Source: Bdellovibrionales bacterium GWA1_52_35 (GTDB taxonomy: Bacteria > Bdellovibrionota > UBA1018). From it: 64,000 nt of DNA. Of this stretch, positions 9,218 to 20,807 are shown piece after piece. The position numbers were made by a program, and so were the translations under genes. The number at the start of each line of letters is the position of its first letter. Position 1 is the stretch's first letter. The notes below the pieces were generated by a model. The model did not search any database. It was not told the DNA's origin and was given only the letters and a program-made list of their open reading frames with translations. Where the stretch lies: assembly GCA_001769805.1 (NCBI GenBank), contig MEPO01000019.1, forward strand, positions 37,093 through 101,092. Reading direction: 5' to 3'.

Positions 9218-10257
9218 AATTCCTGGAACGGATTCAACCCCTCATTGCCGTAATCGTCGGGCTGGCACTCGGGCTTCTGATTACTCAGTTTGCCGGCGAG
9301 AGCCCGTGGCATGTTCTCAAGGTCCTGGCTGGCAGCGCCTTTGGCTCCCGTTATGACATCGGCATGACCTTGTTTTATGCAACTCCTTTGATTTTCACCG
9401 GATTGGCGGTTGCGATTCCTTTCCACGCCGGATTGTTCAATATCGGGGCCGAAGGGCAACTGACCTTGGGCGCCCTGGCTGCAGCTGCGGTTGGGATATG
9501 GTTTCCCAATGCGCCCTGGCCGCTGGCACCGCTTTTTGCAGGACTCGCGGCATTCTCTGCGGGCGCACTCTGGGCGGCAATTCCGGGATGGCTGAGGGCA
9601 CGCAGAGGCAGTCACGAGGTGATCACCACGATCATGCTCAATTTCGTTGCGGCCGGAGTGGCCAGTTATGCCACGCTTTATCTTTTGAAGAATCCTGATT
9701 CACAAAATCCGGAAACGATGGCTGTCGGGGCAGGATATCTGTTAGAACACATTAAATTTTTCGGCGATGCTCCCGTGAATTCCGCGCTCTTCCTTGCGCT
9801 CATCGCCGCGGCTCTCGTTGGGGTGTTTCTATGGAGAACAGTCGGCGGCTTTCAGCTTCGAGCTGTCGGGCAGGGGGAGCAGGCTGCGAAAACAGCCGGA
9901 ATAGATCCTGGAAAGATGAGAATTCTTGCGATGTGTCTAGCAGGCGGGATGGCGGGCCTGGTTGGAGTGGCCGAGGTTTTGGGCAATGCCACGCGATTCA
10001 AACTTGGTTTCTCCCCGGATTATGGTTTCATCGGAATTGCGGTTGCTTTGCTCGGACGGAACAAACCCCTCGGCGTCATAGCCGCAGCGGTTTTGTTTGG
10101 CGCGCTTCACAAAGGGACGATTGACCTGGATCTGGAAACGGAGAACGTCACAAGAGATCTTTCTTTGATTTTGCAGGCCCTGATCATAGTGACCGTCTCT
10201 GCTGACGGGCTCTGGAGCTGGATGCGCAAGGCAAAGACAAATGGAGGCACCCTTTAA
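9214..10257 (+). CDS. ABC transporter permease
   Basis: Polytopic membrane protein. ATGA overlap with the upstream ATPase gene (9214-9217). Position in the BMP-type importer operon. Confidence 0.85.
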   Translation: MKFLERIQPLIAVIVGLALGLLITQFAGESPWHVLKVLAGSAFGSRYDIGMTLFYATPLIFTGLAVAIPFHAGLFNIGAEGQLTLGALAAAAVGIWFPNAPWPLAPLFAGLAAFSAGALWAAIPGWLRARRGSHEVITTIMLNFVAAGVASYATLYLLKNPDSQNPETMAVGAGYLLEHIKFFGDAPVNSALFLALIAAALVGVFLWRTVGGFQLRAVGQGEQAAKTAGIDPGKMRILAMCLAGGMAGLVGVAEVLGNATRFKLGFSPDYGFIGIAVALLGRNKPLGVIAAAVLFGALHKGTIDLDLETENVTRDLSLILQALIIVTVSADGLWSWMRKAKTNGGTL

Positions 10258-11123
10258 TGGAAGTCATAGCCTCTATGTTAAGAGTCGCGACCCCCCTGCT
10301 CTTTGCAGCACTGGGTGGCATGGTCAGCGAGCGCGCAGGTGTCGTGAATATTGCTCTTGAAGGCATGATGTTGATAGGCGCCTTTGCGGGAGCTGCGGTG
10401 GCCTATACCACGCAGTCACCCTGGCTCGGAGCGGGTGCGGCGATGCTGGCTGGGGTATTTATCGCCGCGTTTTACGGGTTAATAGTCATCCAGCTTCGCG
10501 CCAATCAGATCATCGGTGGTACGGCGATCAACATGCTGGCCGCAGGGCTCACCCCCTTTCTTTCGAAAATTTTCTTTGATGTCACCGGAAATACACCGAG
10601 TCTTCCAATGGAGGCGCGGTTTCAGTACGCCCCGATGATAGCGGCCTGGGTTTTGGTGATAGGCGCCTGGTTTTGGTTGAAATACACCCCTTCTGGAACC
10701 TGGGTGCGCTTTGCCGGCGAAAAACCGGAAGCCCTGGAATCGGCGGGCGTGCGAGTGAATCGGGTGCGCTGGATCTCCGTGCTCATCAGCGGTTGTCTTG
10801 CGGGGCTGGGAGGGGCATCCCTTTCAATCTTTCTGGCCTCCTCTTTTTCGCGGAATATGACTGCGGGTCGCGGATTCATGGCGCTGGCGGCCCTTATTTT
10901 CGGAAGGTGGATGCCGATACCTACGGCTATCGCGTGTCTCCTTTTCGGTTTCGCCGACGCGGCGCAGATCCGACTACAGGGTGTCGTGCTTTGGGGGGCC
11001 GAACCCGTGCCGGTCCAGTTCATTCAAATTTTGCCCTATCTTGCAACTATTCTTGTGCTTGCCGGTTTCGTAGGACAATCGCGCGCTCCCAAGTCCCTTG
11101 GCTTGCCCTTCAAGAAGGGCTGA
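10257..11123 (+). CDS. ABC transporter permease (second subunit)
   Basis: Polytopic membrane protein. TAATG 1-nt overlap with the upstream permease gene. Confidence 0.85.
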   Translation: MEVIASMLRVATPLLFAALGGMVSERAGVVNIALEGMMLIGAFAGAAVAYTTQSPWLGAGAAMLAGVFIAAFYGLIVIQLRANQIIGGTAINMLAAGLTPFLSKIFFDVTGNTPSLPMEARFQYAPMIAAWVLVIGAWFWLKYTPSGTWVRFAGEKPEALESAGVRVNRVRWISVLISGCLAGLGGASLSIFLASSFSRNMTAGRGFMALAALIFGRWMPIPTAIACLLFGFADAAQIRLQGVVLWGAEPVPVQFIQILPYLATILVLAGFVGQSRAPKSLGLPFKKG

Positions 11124-11152
11124 CCTAGAATTTTCAATGAAAGGTATCGATT

Positions 11153-11935
11153 ATGAATAAACGATGGAACGCTTCTCTGATGGTTTTGGCTGCACTGTTC
11201 TCCTCCTCCGCTTTCGCCTTCAGCGATTACAATCTTATGAATGCAAATCTGAATGACGGGGTAATTGAAAGTCTTTTGAAAACGGCAGCAATGAGTTCTG
11301 AACATCGCCCGTACAGCTCAGCCAGCCCACTTGGATATGTGATTGGCCTGGATGTGGGCATCGCAATTACGGCCGCGCCTGTCACCAGTGATTTCAAATC
11401 TGCTTTGTCTCTGGCAACCGGTCAGGCAGAAAGCGAAATTCCCGCTTTTCTTCCGGTCCCTCAGATCGCAATCCGCAAGGGCTTCCCAAAAGGGTTTGAT
11501 CTGGGCATCACTTTCGCGACTTCGAGCACCCTGCTGGGGCAACCGGGCCTGTTCAGCCTCTATGGCGGAGATCTTCAGTGGGCGTTCGTCAGCGGCGCTG
11601 GCGCCAAGCCGGCTTTGGCAGCACGAATCAGCTACTCAAATTCCACGCTCTGGTTTTTGAAAACAAATTCCTATGCTCTGGATGTGATCGCTTCCAAAAA
11701 TCTTTACATCATTGATCCGTACGCCGGAATCGGCTTGAAGCACTGGAGTGGAAGCCTGGAGCTGCAACCGTTCCAGGAGTTACCCTATACCGTTTCTGGA
11801 AGCAAATCGGGCACGAATCCTCATGTGTTTTTCGGGCTGCCGCTCAAGATGGCCTTCATTAATATGACGTTTGAGGCCGATTACAATTTCAACGGCATGT
11901 CTACTTATGGATCGAAAATCAGTTTACATTTTTAA
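11153..11935 (+). CDS. Outer-membrane beta-barrel hypothetical protein
   Basis: Signal peptide MNKRWNASLMVLAALFSSSAFA. Alternating-hydrophobic strands. C-terminal '...SKISLHF' with terminal Phe. Confidence 0.5.
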   Translation: MNKRWNASLMVLAALFSSSAFAFSDYNLMNANLNDGVIESLLKTAAMSSEHRPYSSASPLGYVIGLDVGIAITAAPVTSDFKSALSLATGQAESEIPAFLPVPQIAIRKGFPKGFDLGITFATSSTLLGQPGLFSLYGGDLQWAFVSGAGAKPALAARISYSNSTLWFLKTNSYALDVIASKNLYIIDPYAGIGLKHWSGSLELQPFQELPYTVSGSKSGTNPHVFFGLPLKMAFINMTFEADYNFNGMSTYGSKISLHF

Positions 11936-11944
11936 GGAAATTCC

Positions 11945-13626
<1,682 letters not shown>

Positions 13627-14856
13627 TCAGCCGAAATAATTTTGCGGGAAATCCAGGCCCTGCTCTTTGAGCCGGTCCAGGAACGTCGGCACCAGCCCGG
13701 TGCATTTGAAAAAGCCGTCCACGCTGCCGTCTGGACCGGTCTTTCCGGCCACTTCATACGTGAATAAATCCTGCAGAGTCAGGGTCTCGCCTTCAATTCC
13801 GGTAACCTCGGATACCGCCACGACGTGGCGGTGCCCGTTTCGGAAGCGCTTGAGCTGAATCACCAGATCAATGGCGCTGGCCATCTGTTTGCGTATCGCA
13901 ATGAGCGGGAGTTCAACCCCACCCATCAGGCAGAGTGTTTCCAGCCGCGCCAGCGCATCTCTTGGTGAGTTCGCATGTACGGTCGTCATGGAGCCCGCGT
14001 GACCGGTGTTCATTGCCTGAAGCATATCCAGGGCTTCGCCACGCCGGCACTCGCCTACTATGATCCGATCGGGTCGCATTCGCAAAGCATTCGCCAATAG
14101 TTCGCGGGCGCCAATCGCGGGCAGTGTGGGCGACTGCGGCTTGGTCTGCATCCTGACGCTGTTCGGATGACCAATGGCCAGCTCGGGGGTGTCTTCAATC
14201 GTAACAATGCGCTCATTCTTCGACACGAAGGCAGCCAGCGCATTCAGCAGGGTTGTTTTTCCAGTGCCGGCCCCACCTGAGATAATGATGTTCAGGCGGC
14301 CCACCACGCAGATATTCAGAAAATACGCGATACGCCGATCCACAGTACCGGATTTGATCATGTCTTCGATCGAAGGGCGTTGGGTTGGAAATTTCCGGAT
14401 AGTGATGCAAGGGCCTCCCAAGGTAAGAGGCGGGCCAACGATATTCACGCGCGAACCATCCGGCAGACTGGTGTCCACGAAGGGGTGATCTGGGGTAAGA
14501 ATACGGCCGGTAAAATCGAGAATCGAGCGAGTCAAGCGATTCAAATCATCGAGACCCGGATAGGTGAAACCCGAAAAAGACATTTTACCGTCTTTCTCAA
14601 TCATGACATTGCGGATATCATTCACGAGGACTTCGGTGATATTGGGATCTTTCATGAAAACATCCAAAGGTCCGAGATCGGGCATTTTGGTGTTTGCTGG
14701 TATTGGGGTTGAAGGAGTCTGGACGGTCGCTTGGGGCACCGGGTTTTTCGGAATAGGCCTGCTCGGCATAATCAGCCCCGGATCAGTCGGTTCTTCGACT
14801 TCGACCCCGATCAGGGTATGTTCTTCGTCGGAGAAATCGGATGGTTTTTGGGCCAT
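13627..14856 (-). CDS. CpaF/TadA-family type II/IV secretion ATPase
   Basis: Walker A 'GGAGTGKTTLLNAL', 'RIIVGECRRGEALDMLQAMNTGHAGSMTTVHAN'. The track start at 14934 is TTG and would overlap the divergent gene; the first ATG is at 14856. Confidence 0.8.
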   Translation of the reverse strand: MAQKPSDFSDEEHTLIGVEVEEPTDPGLIMPSRPIPKNPVPQATVQTPSTPIPANTKMPDLGPLDVFMKDPNITEVLVNDIRNVMIEKDGKMSFSGFTYPGLDDLNRLTRSILDFTGRILTPDHPFVDTSLPDGSRVNIVGPPLTLGGPCITIRKFPTQRPSIEDMIKSGTVDRRIAYFLNICVVGRLNIIISGGAGTGKTTLLNALAAFVSKNERIVTIEDTPELAIGHPNSVRMQTKPQSPTLPAIGARELLANALRMRPDRIIVGECRRGEALDMLQAMNTGHAGSMTTVHANSPRDALARLETLCLMGGVELPLIAIRKQMASAIDLVIQLKRFRNGHRHVVAVSEVTGIEGETLTLQDLFTYEVAGKTGPDGSVDGFFKCTGLVPTFLDRLKEQGLDFPQNYFG

Positions 14857-14884
14857 AATGCAATTGTAGCACCTGGATTTACTT

Positions 14885-15844
14885 ATGCCGCTTAAAAAAT
14901 TTACCCTGAAAACCACCGAGGCCGATCGTGGCAAAAGACTGGATCAGGTCTTGAGTGACTGGTTGCCTGGAGCGGCTTCCACTGAGCTATCCAAAGGAAA
15001 AATCCGAAAATTGATTGTAGCCGGAGCAGTCTACCTGAACGGAAAACGTCTCAGGATCGCGTCCAAGAATATCCTGCCCAATGCTAAAATCGACGCTTTC
15101 GTGGATTTCGAAAAACTTGCTGCCGCTGGGCCTGGAAAAGACCGTCCTTTTGAAATGAAGCCCTGCGACATCCTTTTTGAAGACCAGTACATTATTGTCG
15201 TCAATAAGCCGGCGGGTTTACCGACCCAGCCCACGCTGGATGAATCGAGGGATAACCTTTTCGCAGTTCTGAAAAGTTATATCGCAAAGCGGGATGGAGT
15301 TGTGGACCCGTATGTTGGGCTTCACCATCGCTTGGATCGCGATACCTCAGGTGTCATTCTTCTTACCAAAGACAGGCAGGTCAATCGCGCGGTTGCGGAT
15401 CTCTTTTCGGAACGGCAGGCCCAAAAGACATACCTGGCGCTGACTGCCAAGCCAAAAGCCTGGGATAAAAAAACCTGGAGCATCAAAAACCATCTGGGAC
15501 GAGCCGTCGGATCCGGCAAAAAGGCGCGTTTTGGCGCGGTTCGCTCCGGAGGGGATTTTGCCCATACCGATTTTGAGGTGCTGGAGGAGGTGGGGGCGGG
15601 ACTCGTGATCCAGGCTTCTCCTCGCACCGGCCGTACGCATCAAATACGCGTTCACCTTTCAGAGGCAGGCCTGCCGATTCTGGGCGACACTCATTACGGT
15701 GGTTCAGACGCACGAGCCGCAAGAGTCATGCTTCACGCCTGGCGCCTTCAGTTTAACCACCCCGTTTCCGCTCAACCGCTCCAGATTGAAAGCCCGATTC
15801 CCCAGGATTTTTCGGAATGTCTCAAAAAGTTGAAAACCCGTTGA
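14885..15844 (+). CDS. RluA-family 23S rRNA pseudouridine synthase (RluD/RluC-like, with N-terminal S4-like domain)
   Basis: Catalytic motif 'HRLDRDTSGVILL', 'GRTHQIRVHL', and an S4-like N-terminus 'RLDQVLSDWL...'. Confidence 0.85.
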   Translation: MPLKKFTLKTTEADRGKRLDQVLSDWLPGAASTELSKGKIRKLIVAGAVYLNGKRLRIASKNILPNAKIDAFVDFEKLAAAGPGKDRPFEMKPCDILFEDQYIIVVNKPAGLPTQPTLDESRDNLFAVLKSYIAKRDGVVDPYVGLHHRLDRDTSGVILLTKDRQVNRAVADLFSERQAQKTYLALTAKPKAWDKKTWSIKNHLGRAVGSGKKARFGAVRSGGDFAHTDFEVLEEVGAGLVIQASPRTGRTHQIRVHLSEAGLPILGDTHYGGSDARAARVMLHAWRLQFNHPVSAQPLQIESPIPQDFSECLKKLKTR

Positions 15845-17712
15845 TTGCAGATATGTATGCCAGATTGATCGGGAGACCGTACGCACGATTTCTCGAGGAA
15901 AGTGTCTTTATACGCCAGTACTTGTGGATCAACCGCCGCCTCGTGGGGGTTGGACTGGTCGCACTCGTCATCGTCGATATTCTCGAGGTCCTGCCTCCGC
16001 TGTATCTCAAGAATGCAGTGGACGTCGCGGTAGAAAAAAAGCCGCCGGTGCTGCTGCTGTATTTTGCCGGAGCTTACCTTTTAACCGCGCTCGTGCAGGC
16101 GATCTGCCGCTATGGCTGGCGGATGTACCTGATTCGCGCCAGCATGCTTTCCGGACGTGACCTCAGGAATCGACTCTCACGACATCTCTTTGGCTTGGGT
16201 GCCAGCTTTTTTGACCGCAGCCGGATCGGAAATTTAATGTCTCTCACAACGAGTGATGTCGAAGCGGTGCGGATGGAGATCGGACCAGGAGTCCTGGTTC
16301 TTGCCGATGCCCTGTTTTACTTTTTGACCGTCCCCGTCGCCATGTTTATGCTCTCGCCAAAACTGGCATTGATTGCTTTTCTTCCTCTTCCATTTATTCC
16401 ATGGATCGTTATCAGAAATGAACGTGAGATCAACAAGCGGTACGAAAAAGTCCAGGAAAGCGTCGCGAATATTTCGGCCGTGGTGCAGGAAGGTCTGGCT
16501 GGCGTTCGCGTGATCAAGGCTTTCGGCAAGGAGGACGAGCAGGTCGCCCTGCTGCGAAGCAAAGGAAATGAGCTGATGAAGTTCAGCATGCATCTTGCGC
16601 GCGTGCAAACCTCTTTTGGCCCGACGCTGGATTTTGCAATGAGTACGGGCATGATGGTCCTGATTTTCGTAGGTGGTTACGACCTGATTCGCGGCTCGAC
16701 AGGGGTTGCCGGTGCCGTTACGCTGGGCACCTTTGTCGCTTTTCAACGATACGTTCAAAAAATGGTTTGGCCCATGGCCGCCATCGGGATGGCTTTGACA
16801 TTTTACCAGCGGGCAGTAGCCAGCTCAGACCGCCTGAAAAAAGTGCTTGCGGAACGATCTGATATTTTGGAGCCAAACCCAGATTCCAAAAGACCTTCCA
16901 CAAAAATGCGAGGGAAAATCGAATTCAGAAATCTGCGTTTCAGATTCCCGGGAGCTTCGTCTTCGGGCGCCAAAGATGCTCTGAGCGGGATTTCCCTGGT
17001 GATCCAGCCAGGGGAGCGCATCGCCTTCATCGGTGGAATCGGCTCCGGAAAATCAGCCCTGCTCTCTCTTCTCCCCCGACTCTATCCAGTGGAGCGGGGA
17101 ATGTTATTTATCGACGATATTGATATCAATGACTGGCCAATCGCAGAACTGCGACGAAATGTAGGCTACGTCAGCCAGGATGTATTTCTTTTCGGCGAAA
17201 CAGTCGCTGAAAACGTGATTTTTGGATTGCACGACTGGGCAGCGGGTCAGTCCAGTAGACGCGCGCTTGAAGAGGCAACGGCACTTGCCTCAGTACATGA
17301 GGATGTTATGGGGCTCGAGGGGGCATATGACACGCGTTTGGGTGAACGGGGCGTTAACCTTTCGGGTGGACAAAAGCAGAGAATCACCATTGCGCGAGCT
17401 CTGATCATGCAGCCCGCCGTTCTGGTGCTCGATGATGCTCTCTCCGCCGTCGATGTTCATACTGAAGAAAATATTCTAAGCGGTCTTCGTTCCCGAGCCA
17501 ACCGCAATACCGAGGTGATTTCAGCACATCGGATTTCGACCGTACGCGACGCGGATAAAATAGTGGTTCTCGAGCACGGTCAAGTCCGACAGATGGGTAG
17601 CCACGACGAGCTGATCCAGAACCAACGGGGGGCTTACCGGAAGTTTTATCAAGAACAGCGGTGCAAGGAAGAGCTTGAAGGATATGCTGAGCACATTGGA
17701 GTGCCACAATGA
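15817..17712 (+). CDS. ABC exporter half-transporter (TMD-NBD), subunit 1 of a heterodimer
   Basis: Six-helix TMD followed by an NBD. Walker A 'GGIGSGKSALL', signature 'LSGGQKQRITIARAL', Walker B 'VLVLDDALSAVD' (Asp in place of the catalytic Glu). An alternative ATG lies at 15853. Confidence 0.85.
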   Translation: MSQKVENPLIADMYARLIGRPYARFLEESVFIRQYLWINRRLVGVGLVALVIVDILEVLPPLYLKNAVDVAVEKKPPVLLLYFAGAYLLTALVQAICRYGWRMYLIRASMLSGRDLRNRLSRHLFGLGASFFDRSRIGNLMSLTTSDVEAVRMEIGPGVLVLADALFYFLTVPVAMFMLSPKLALIAFLPLPFIPWIVIRNEREINKRYEKVQESVANISAVVQEGLAGVRVIKAFGKEDEQVALLRSKGNELMKFSMHLARVQTSFGPTLDFAMSTGMMVLIFVGGYDLIRGSTGVAGAVTLGTFVAFQRYVQKMVWPMAAIGMALTFYQRAVASSDRLKKVLAERSDILEPNPDSKRPSTKMRGKIEFRNLRFRFPGASSSGAKDALSGISLVIQPGERIAFIGGIGSGKSALLSLLPRLYPVERGMLFIDDIDINDWPIAELRRNVGYVSQDVFLFGETVAENVIFGLHDWAAGQSSRRALEEATALASVHEDVMGLEGAYDTRLGERGVNLSGGQKQRITIARALIMQPAVLVLDDALSAVDVHTEENILSGLRSRANRNTEVISAHRISTVRDADKIVVLEHGQVRQMGSHDELIQNQRGAYRKFYQEQRCKEELEGYAEHIGVPQ

Positions 17713-19502
17713 GCACCACGCCAGGGCTGGAACACTATTTGGATGTTGAGGAGAAGGACTCGCGACGGGCAGACCCCAGAACATTGAGAAAGCTTATTCC
17801 CTATATCGCGCGTCACCGCCTGATTCTGATGCTCGGACTTCTGGTGATGGGCCTCGGGGTCTTCGCTACTTTGATGGAGCCACGGATTTTCGGCTGGGCA
17901 GTGGATCTCGCCATCATTCCCAAAGATGAAGAAATGCTGAAAAAGCTGGGGTTGGGCTATTTACTGGTGGTGATCATCAGAATTCTCAGCGCGATTTCCC
18001 AGGCCTATTGCTTTGAGCTGCTGGGGCAACGGATCGCACAGGATTTGCGCTGCGAAATTTACGAACATCTTCTTCGAGCCCCGGTTGCGACTTTCGACAA
18101 GAATCCGGTGGGCCGGCTGATGACCCGGGTGACTAACGATATTACTTCCCTGGGAGAGATGTTTTCTGCCGGTTTTGTCTCCATGGTGGGAAATGCGATC
18201 CTCGTAGTGGGAATTCTCATTTGGCTGATTGTCCTCGACCTCAAGCTGGGCTTGCTCTCCCTTGCTGTATTCCCTGTATTGGCGGCCATCACCGCGCATT
18301 TCAGCGGGAAATTAAAAATCGCCTACCGCGAAGCGCGCAGCCGGCTTTCCGCCCTGAACGCCTTCATCGCCGAAAACATTCTTGGCATCAGGGTGGTCCA
18401 CCTTTTCAATCGTCAGAAACTCCATCAGGAGCGTTTTGAGCGGATCAACCAGTGGTATTCTGATGCGCAGATTTCCACAGTACGGGTTTTTGCACTTTTT
18501 CAACCTGCAATTACCCTTGCCTCAGGAACTGCCATCGCTTTGATCATCTGGTACGGAGGGGGACGCTCTCATGAGGGTGTCCTGCCGATTGGCCTATTGA
18601 TCGCATATTTTACTTACGTCCTTACCTTATTCCAGCCGCTCCGGGAGATGGCCGATAAGTGGAACATATTTCTCTCTGGCATGGCTTCCGCCGAGCGGAT
18701 ATTCTCGATTTTATCTTGGCTTCTGGAGCCCGGAGCGAGGATGCAAAACCCCGTGGGAAATTCGCAAAAAAGCGGAGCTCCGTTCAGGGGGGATATTGAA
18801 TTTGAACATGTCTGGTTTGCTTATTCAGGTGAACATTGGGTCTTGCGCGATCTTTCCTTGAAAGTACAGGCGGGCGAGCGGCTCGGAATTGTTGGTCATA
18901 CCGGTGGCGGAAAGACCACGCTGATCAGCCTGCTTCTGCGTTTCTATGAACCGCAGCGAGGCCGGATCCTGCTCGATGGAATCGATATCCAGGAATATCC
19001 GCTGACTGACTTGCGCTCCAAATTTGGCGTGATCCAGCAGGATGGTTACCTTTTCAGCGGCAACCTCAAAGAGAACATCGGAAACGATCTCCAGGACCTG
19101 CTCAAAACCATGGGTATGTCGATCGAAGCCCTGGGTTTGCCGGAAGAACTCCGTGAACGGGCTTCGAATATTTCCACCGGACAGAAACAGGTTCTTGCCT
19201 TTGCCCGCGCACTGGCGGCCAAACCCCAGATCTGGATTCTGGACGAAGCCACTGCCAACATGGATTCCGCCACTGAGCGGCTTTTGCAGCAAGGACTATC
19301 GACCGCAACCGTAAATCGCACGGTTTTACTGGTAGCTCATCGTCTATCAACAATTCGCTCTGCGGACCGTATAGCGGTTCTCAACAAGGGAATACTCTGT
19401 GAGCAGGGAAACCATGCAGAATTACTGCGAATGAACGGATTATACGCGCGCCTCTATCGTTATCAGGCAGCGAAAGAGGCTCAAGAAAGCCACATCGTAT
19501 AA
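17709..19502 (+). CDS. ABC exporter half-transporter (TMD-NBD), subunit 2 of a heterodimer
   Basis: ATGA overlap with subunit 1. Walker A 'GHTGGGKTTLI', degenerate signature 'ISTGQKQVLAFARAL', Walker B 'IWILDEATANMD'. Confidence 0.85.
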   Translation: MSTTPGLEHYLDVEEKDSRRADPRTLRKLIPYIARHRLILMLGLLVMGLGVFATLMEPRIFGWAVDLAIIPKDEEMLKKLGLGYLLVVIIRILSAISQAYCFELLGQRIAQDLRCEIYEHLLRAPVATFDKNPVGRLMTRVTNDITSLGEMFSAGFVSMVGNAILVVGILIWLIVLDLKLGLLSLAVFPVLAAITAHFSGKLKIAYREARSRLSALNAFIAENILGIRVVHLFNRQKLHQERFERINQWYSDAQISTVRVFALFQPAITLASGTAIALIIWYGGGRSHEGVLPIGLLIAYFTYVLTLFQPLREMADKWNIFLSGMASAERIFSILSWLLEPGARMQNPVGNSQKSGAPFRGDIEFEHVWFAYSGEHWVLRDLSLKVQAGERLGIVGHTGGGKTTLISLLLRFYEPQRGRILLDGIDIQEYPLTDLRSKFGVIQQDGYLFSGNLKENIGNDLQDLLKTMGMSIEALGLPEELRERASNISTGQKQVLAFARALAAKPQIWILDEATANMDSATERLLQQGLSTATVNRTVLLVAHRLSTIRSADRIAVLNKGILCEQGNHAELLRMNGLYARLYRYQAAKEAQESHIV

Positions 19503-20674
19503 TGAATATCCGGTTCGTCGGCCAGGAGCATGACGAGCCGATCAACGCCGAGAGCATTTCCGCCGGAGGGAGGCATGCCTTCCGTGAGCGCCGATAGAAA
19601 GTCTTCGTCCAGCGGGTTTTTTGGGAAGGCCGGTCCATAAATCTGCTCGCGTAAATTCATGTCCTTTACAAAACGTGCGCGCTGCTCAACGGGATCAGTA
19701 AGCTCTTCAAAAGCATTGCAGAGTTCGATCCCGCCCACGTAAACTTCAAAGCGACGTGCCCAGGAAGTCCCGTCGGCGTGTTTGGCCAAGACAGCAAGCG
19801 CCGCCTGGCTGACCGGATAGTCGACCACAAAAACAGCCTGGTCCGCAGGTAATCTGGGTTCAATCAAATTGAGCCAGATCTTGAAGTAAACATCGTCCCA
19901 GTTTTCGCCGGGATTCACTTTGATATTCAGGCGCTGCGCCTCGTCTATAAGCAAAGCAAGGTTATGTGCCCGCGTCAGATCGATGCCGGTATGCTGAAGG
20001 AATAGGTCCCGGACGCGGAGGCGAGGCCAGGGCGGCTTCACAGAAATGGTTTTACCTTCAAATTGAATTTCACCAGACGCGCTGCCGAGTACCTCTTTGG
20101 CGGTGAACGCCAGCAGCTCTTCGGTGTCACGCATGATTTCCTCATAGCCCGCGTAAGCCCGGTACCATTCGAGCATCGTGAACTCGGGATGGTGCGTTCT
20201 GGAGGGGGGTTCATCCCGAAATGCGGGGCTGAGCTGAAAAATCCGCTCCAAGCCACCAACGAGCAGGCGCTTCATGGCAAATTCGGGAGAGGTGGGTAGA
20301 AAAAGCAGAGGCTCTTCCCGGTGGATTTTAAATGGCCGAATATGGGTCTCCATCCCGGGACAGGGTACAAGGAGGGGGGTCCGGACTTCACGGAAATCGT
20401 TCCCTGCAAAAAAATTCCGAATTGCTCTCTCGGTTTTGTTTCGTACGGCAGTTCCATGCAGTCGCCGCGGGTCCAGGACAGCGCTAGTCCACTTGATCGA
20501 ACGATCGGGGCACCGGTTGGGCGTGAGCGGGCGCGCGAAACCACCCTGAATTTCTACGAGATCCCCTACCCGAAGGACTTCAGGATTTGAAATGGTAACC
20601 CGGGTCGCTCCCCGTTCCGAAAGGATTGTGGCATGAGTCTCTCCATGTTCGATGCAGCGACCGTGGATATTCAT
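19481..20674 (-). CDS. epmA: EF-P lysine ligase EpmA/PoxA-like class II aminoacyl-tRNA-synthetase paralogue with an extra N-terminal domain of about 70 aa
   Basis: The core 'FREVRTPLLV...SPEFAMKRLLVGG...FQLSPAFRDE...HHPEFTMLEWY' aligns by eye to E. coli EpmA. The N-terminal 'RVTISNPEVLRVGDLVEIQG' looks OB-fold-like. The track start at 20710 is TTG; the first ATG is at 20674. Confidence 0.65.
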   Translation of the reverse strand: MNIHGRCIEHGETHATILSERGATRVTISNPEVLRVGDLVEIQGGFARPLTPNRCPDRSIKWTSAVLDPRRLHGTAVRNKTERAIRNFFAGNDFREVRTPLLVPCPGMETHIRPFKIHREEPLLFLPTSPEFAMKRLLVGGLERIFQLSPAFRDEPPSRTHHPEFTMLEWYRAYAGYEEIMRDTEELLAFTAKEVLGSASGEIQFEGKTISVKPPWPRLRVRDLFLQHTGIDLTRAHNLALLIDEAQRLNIKVNPGENWDDVYFKIWLNLIEPRLPADQAVFVVDYPVSQAALAVLAKHADGTSWARRFEVYVGGIELCNAFEELTDPVEQRARFVKDMNLREQIYGPAFPKNPLDEDFLSALTEGMPPSGGNALGVDRLVMLLADEPDIHYTMWLS

Positions 20675-20807
20675 TTGTCCGCTTATACGCAATTGCCATG
20701 ACAGGGACAATTCAAACCTTTGGCATTCAAAAGAAAAAAACGAGTACCATTGCTAAGACATAAAGAGACTCATTGGAGTTTCCCCGCCATTTTTGTATAC
20801 ATAGGTG

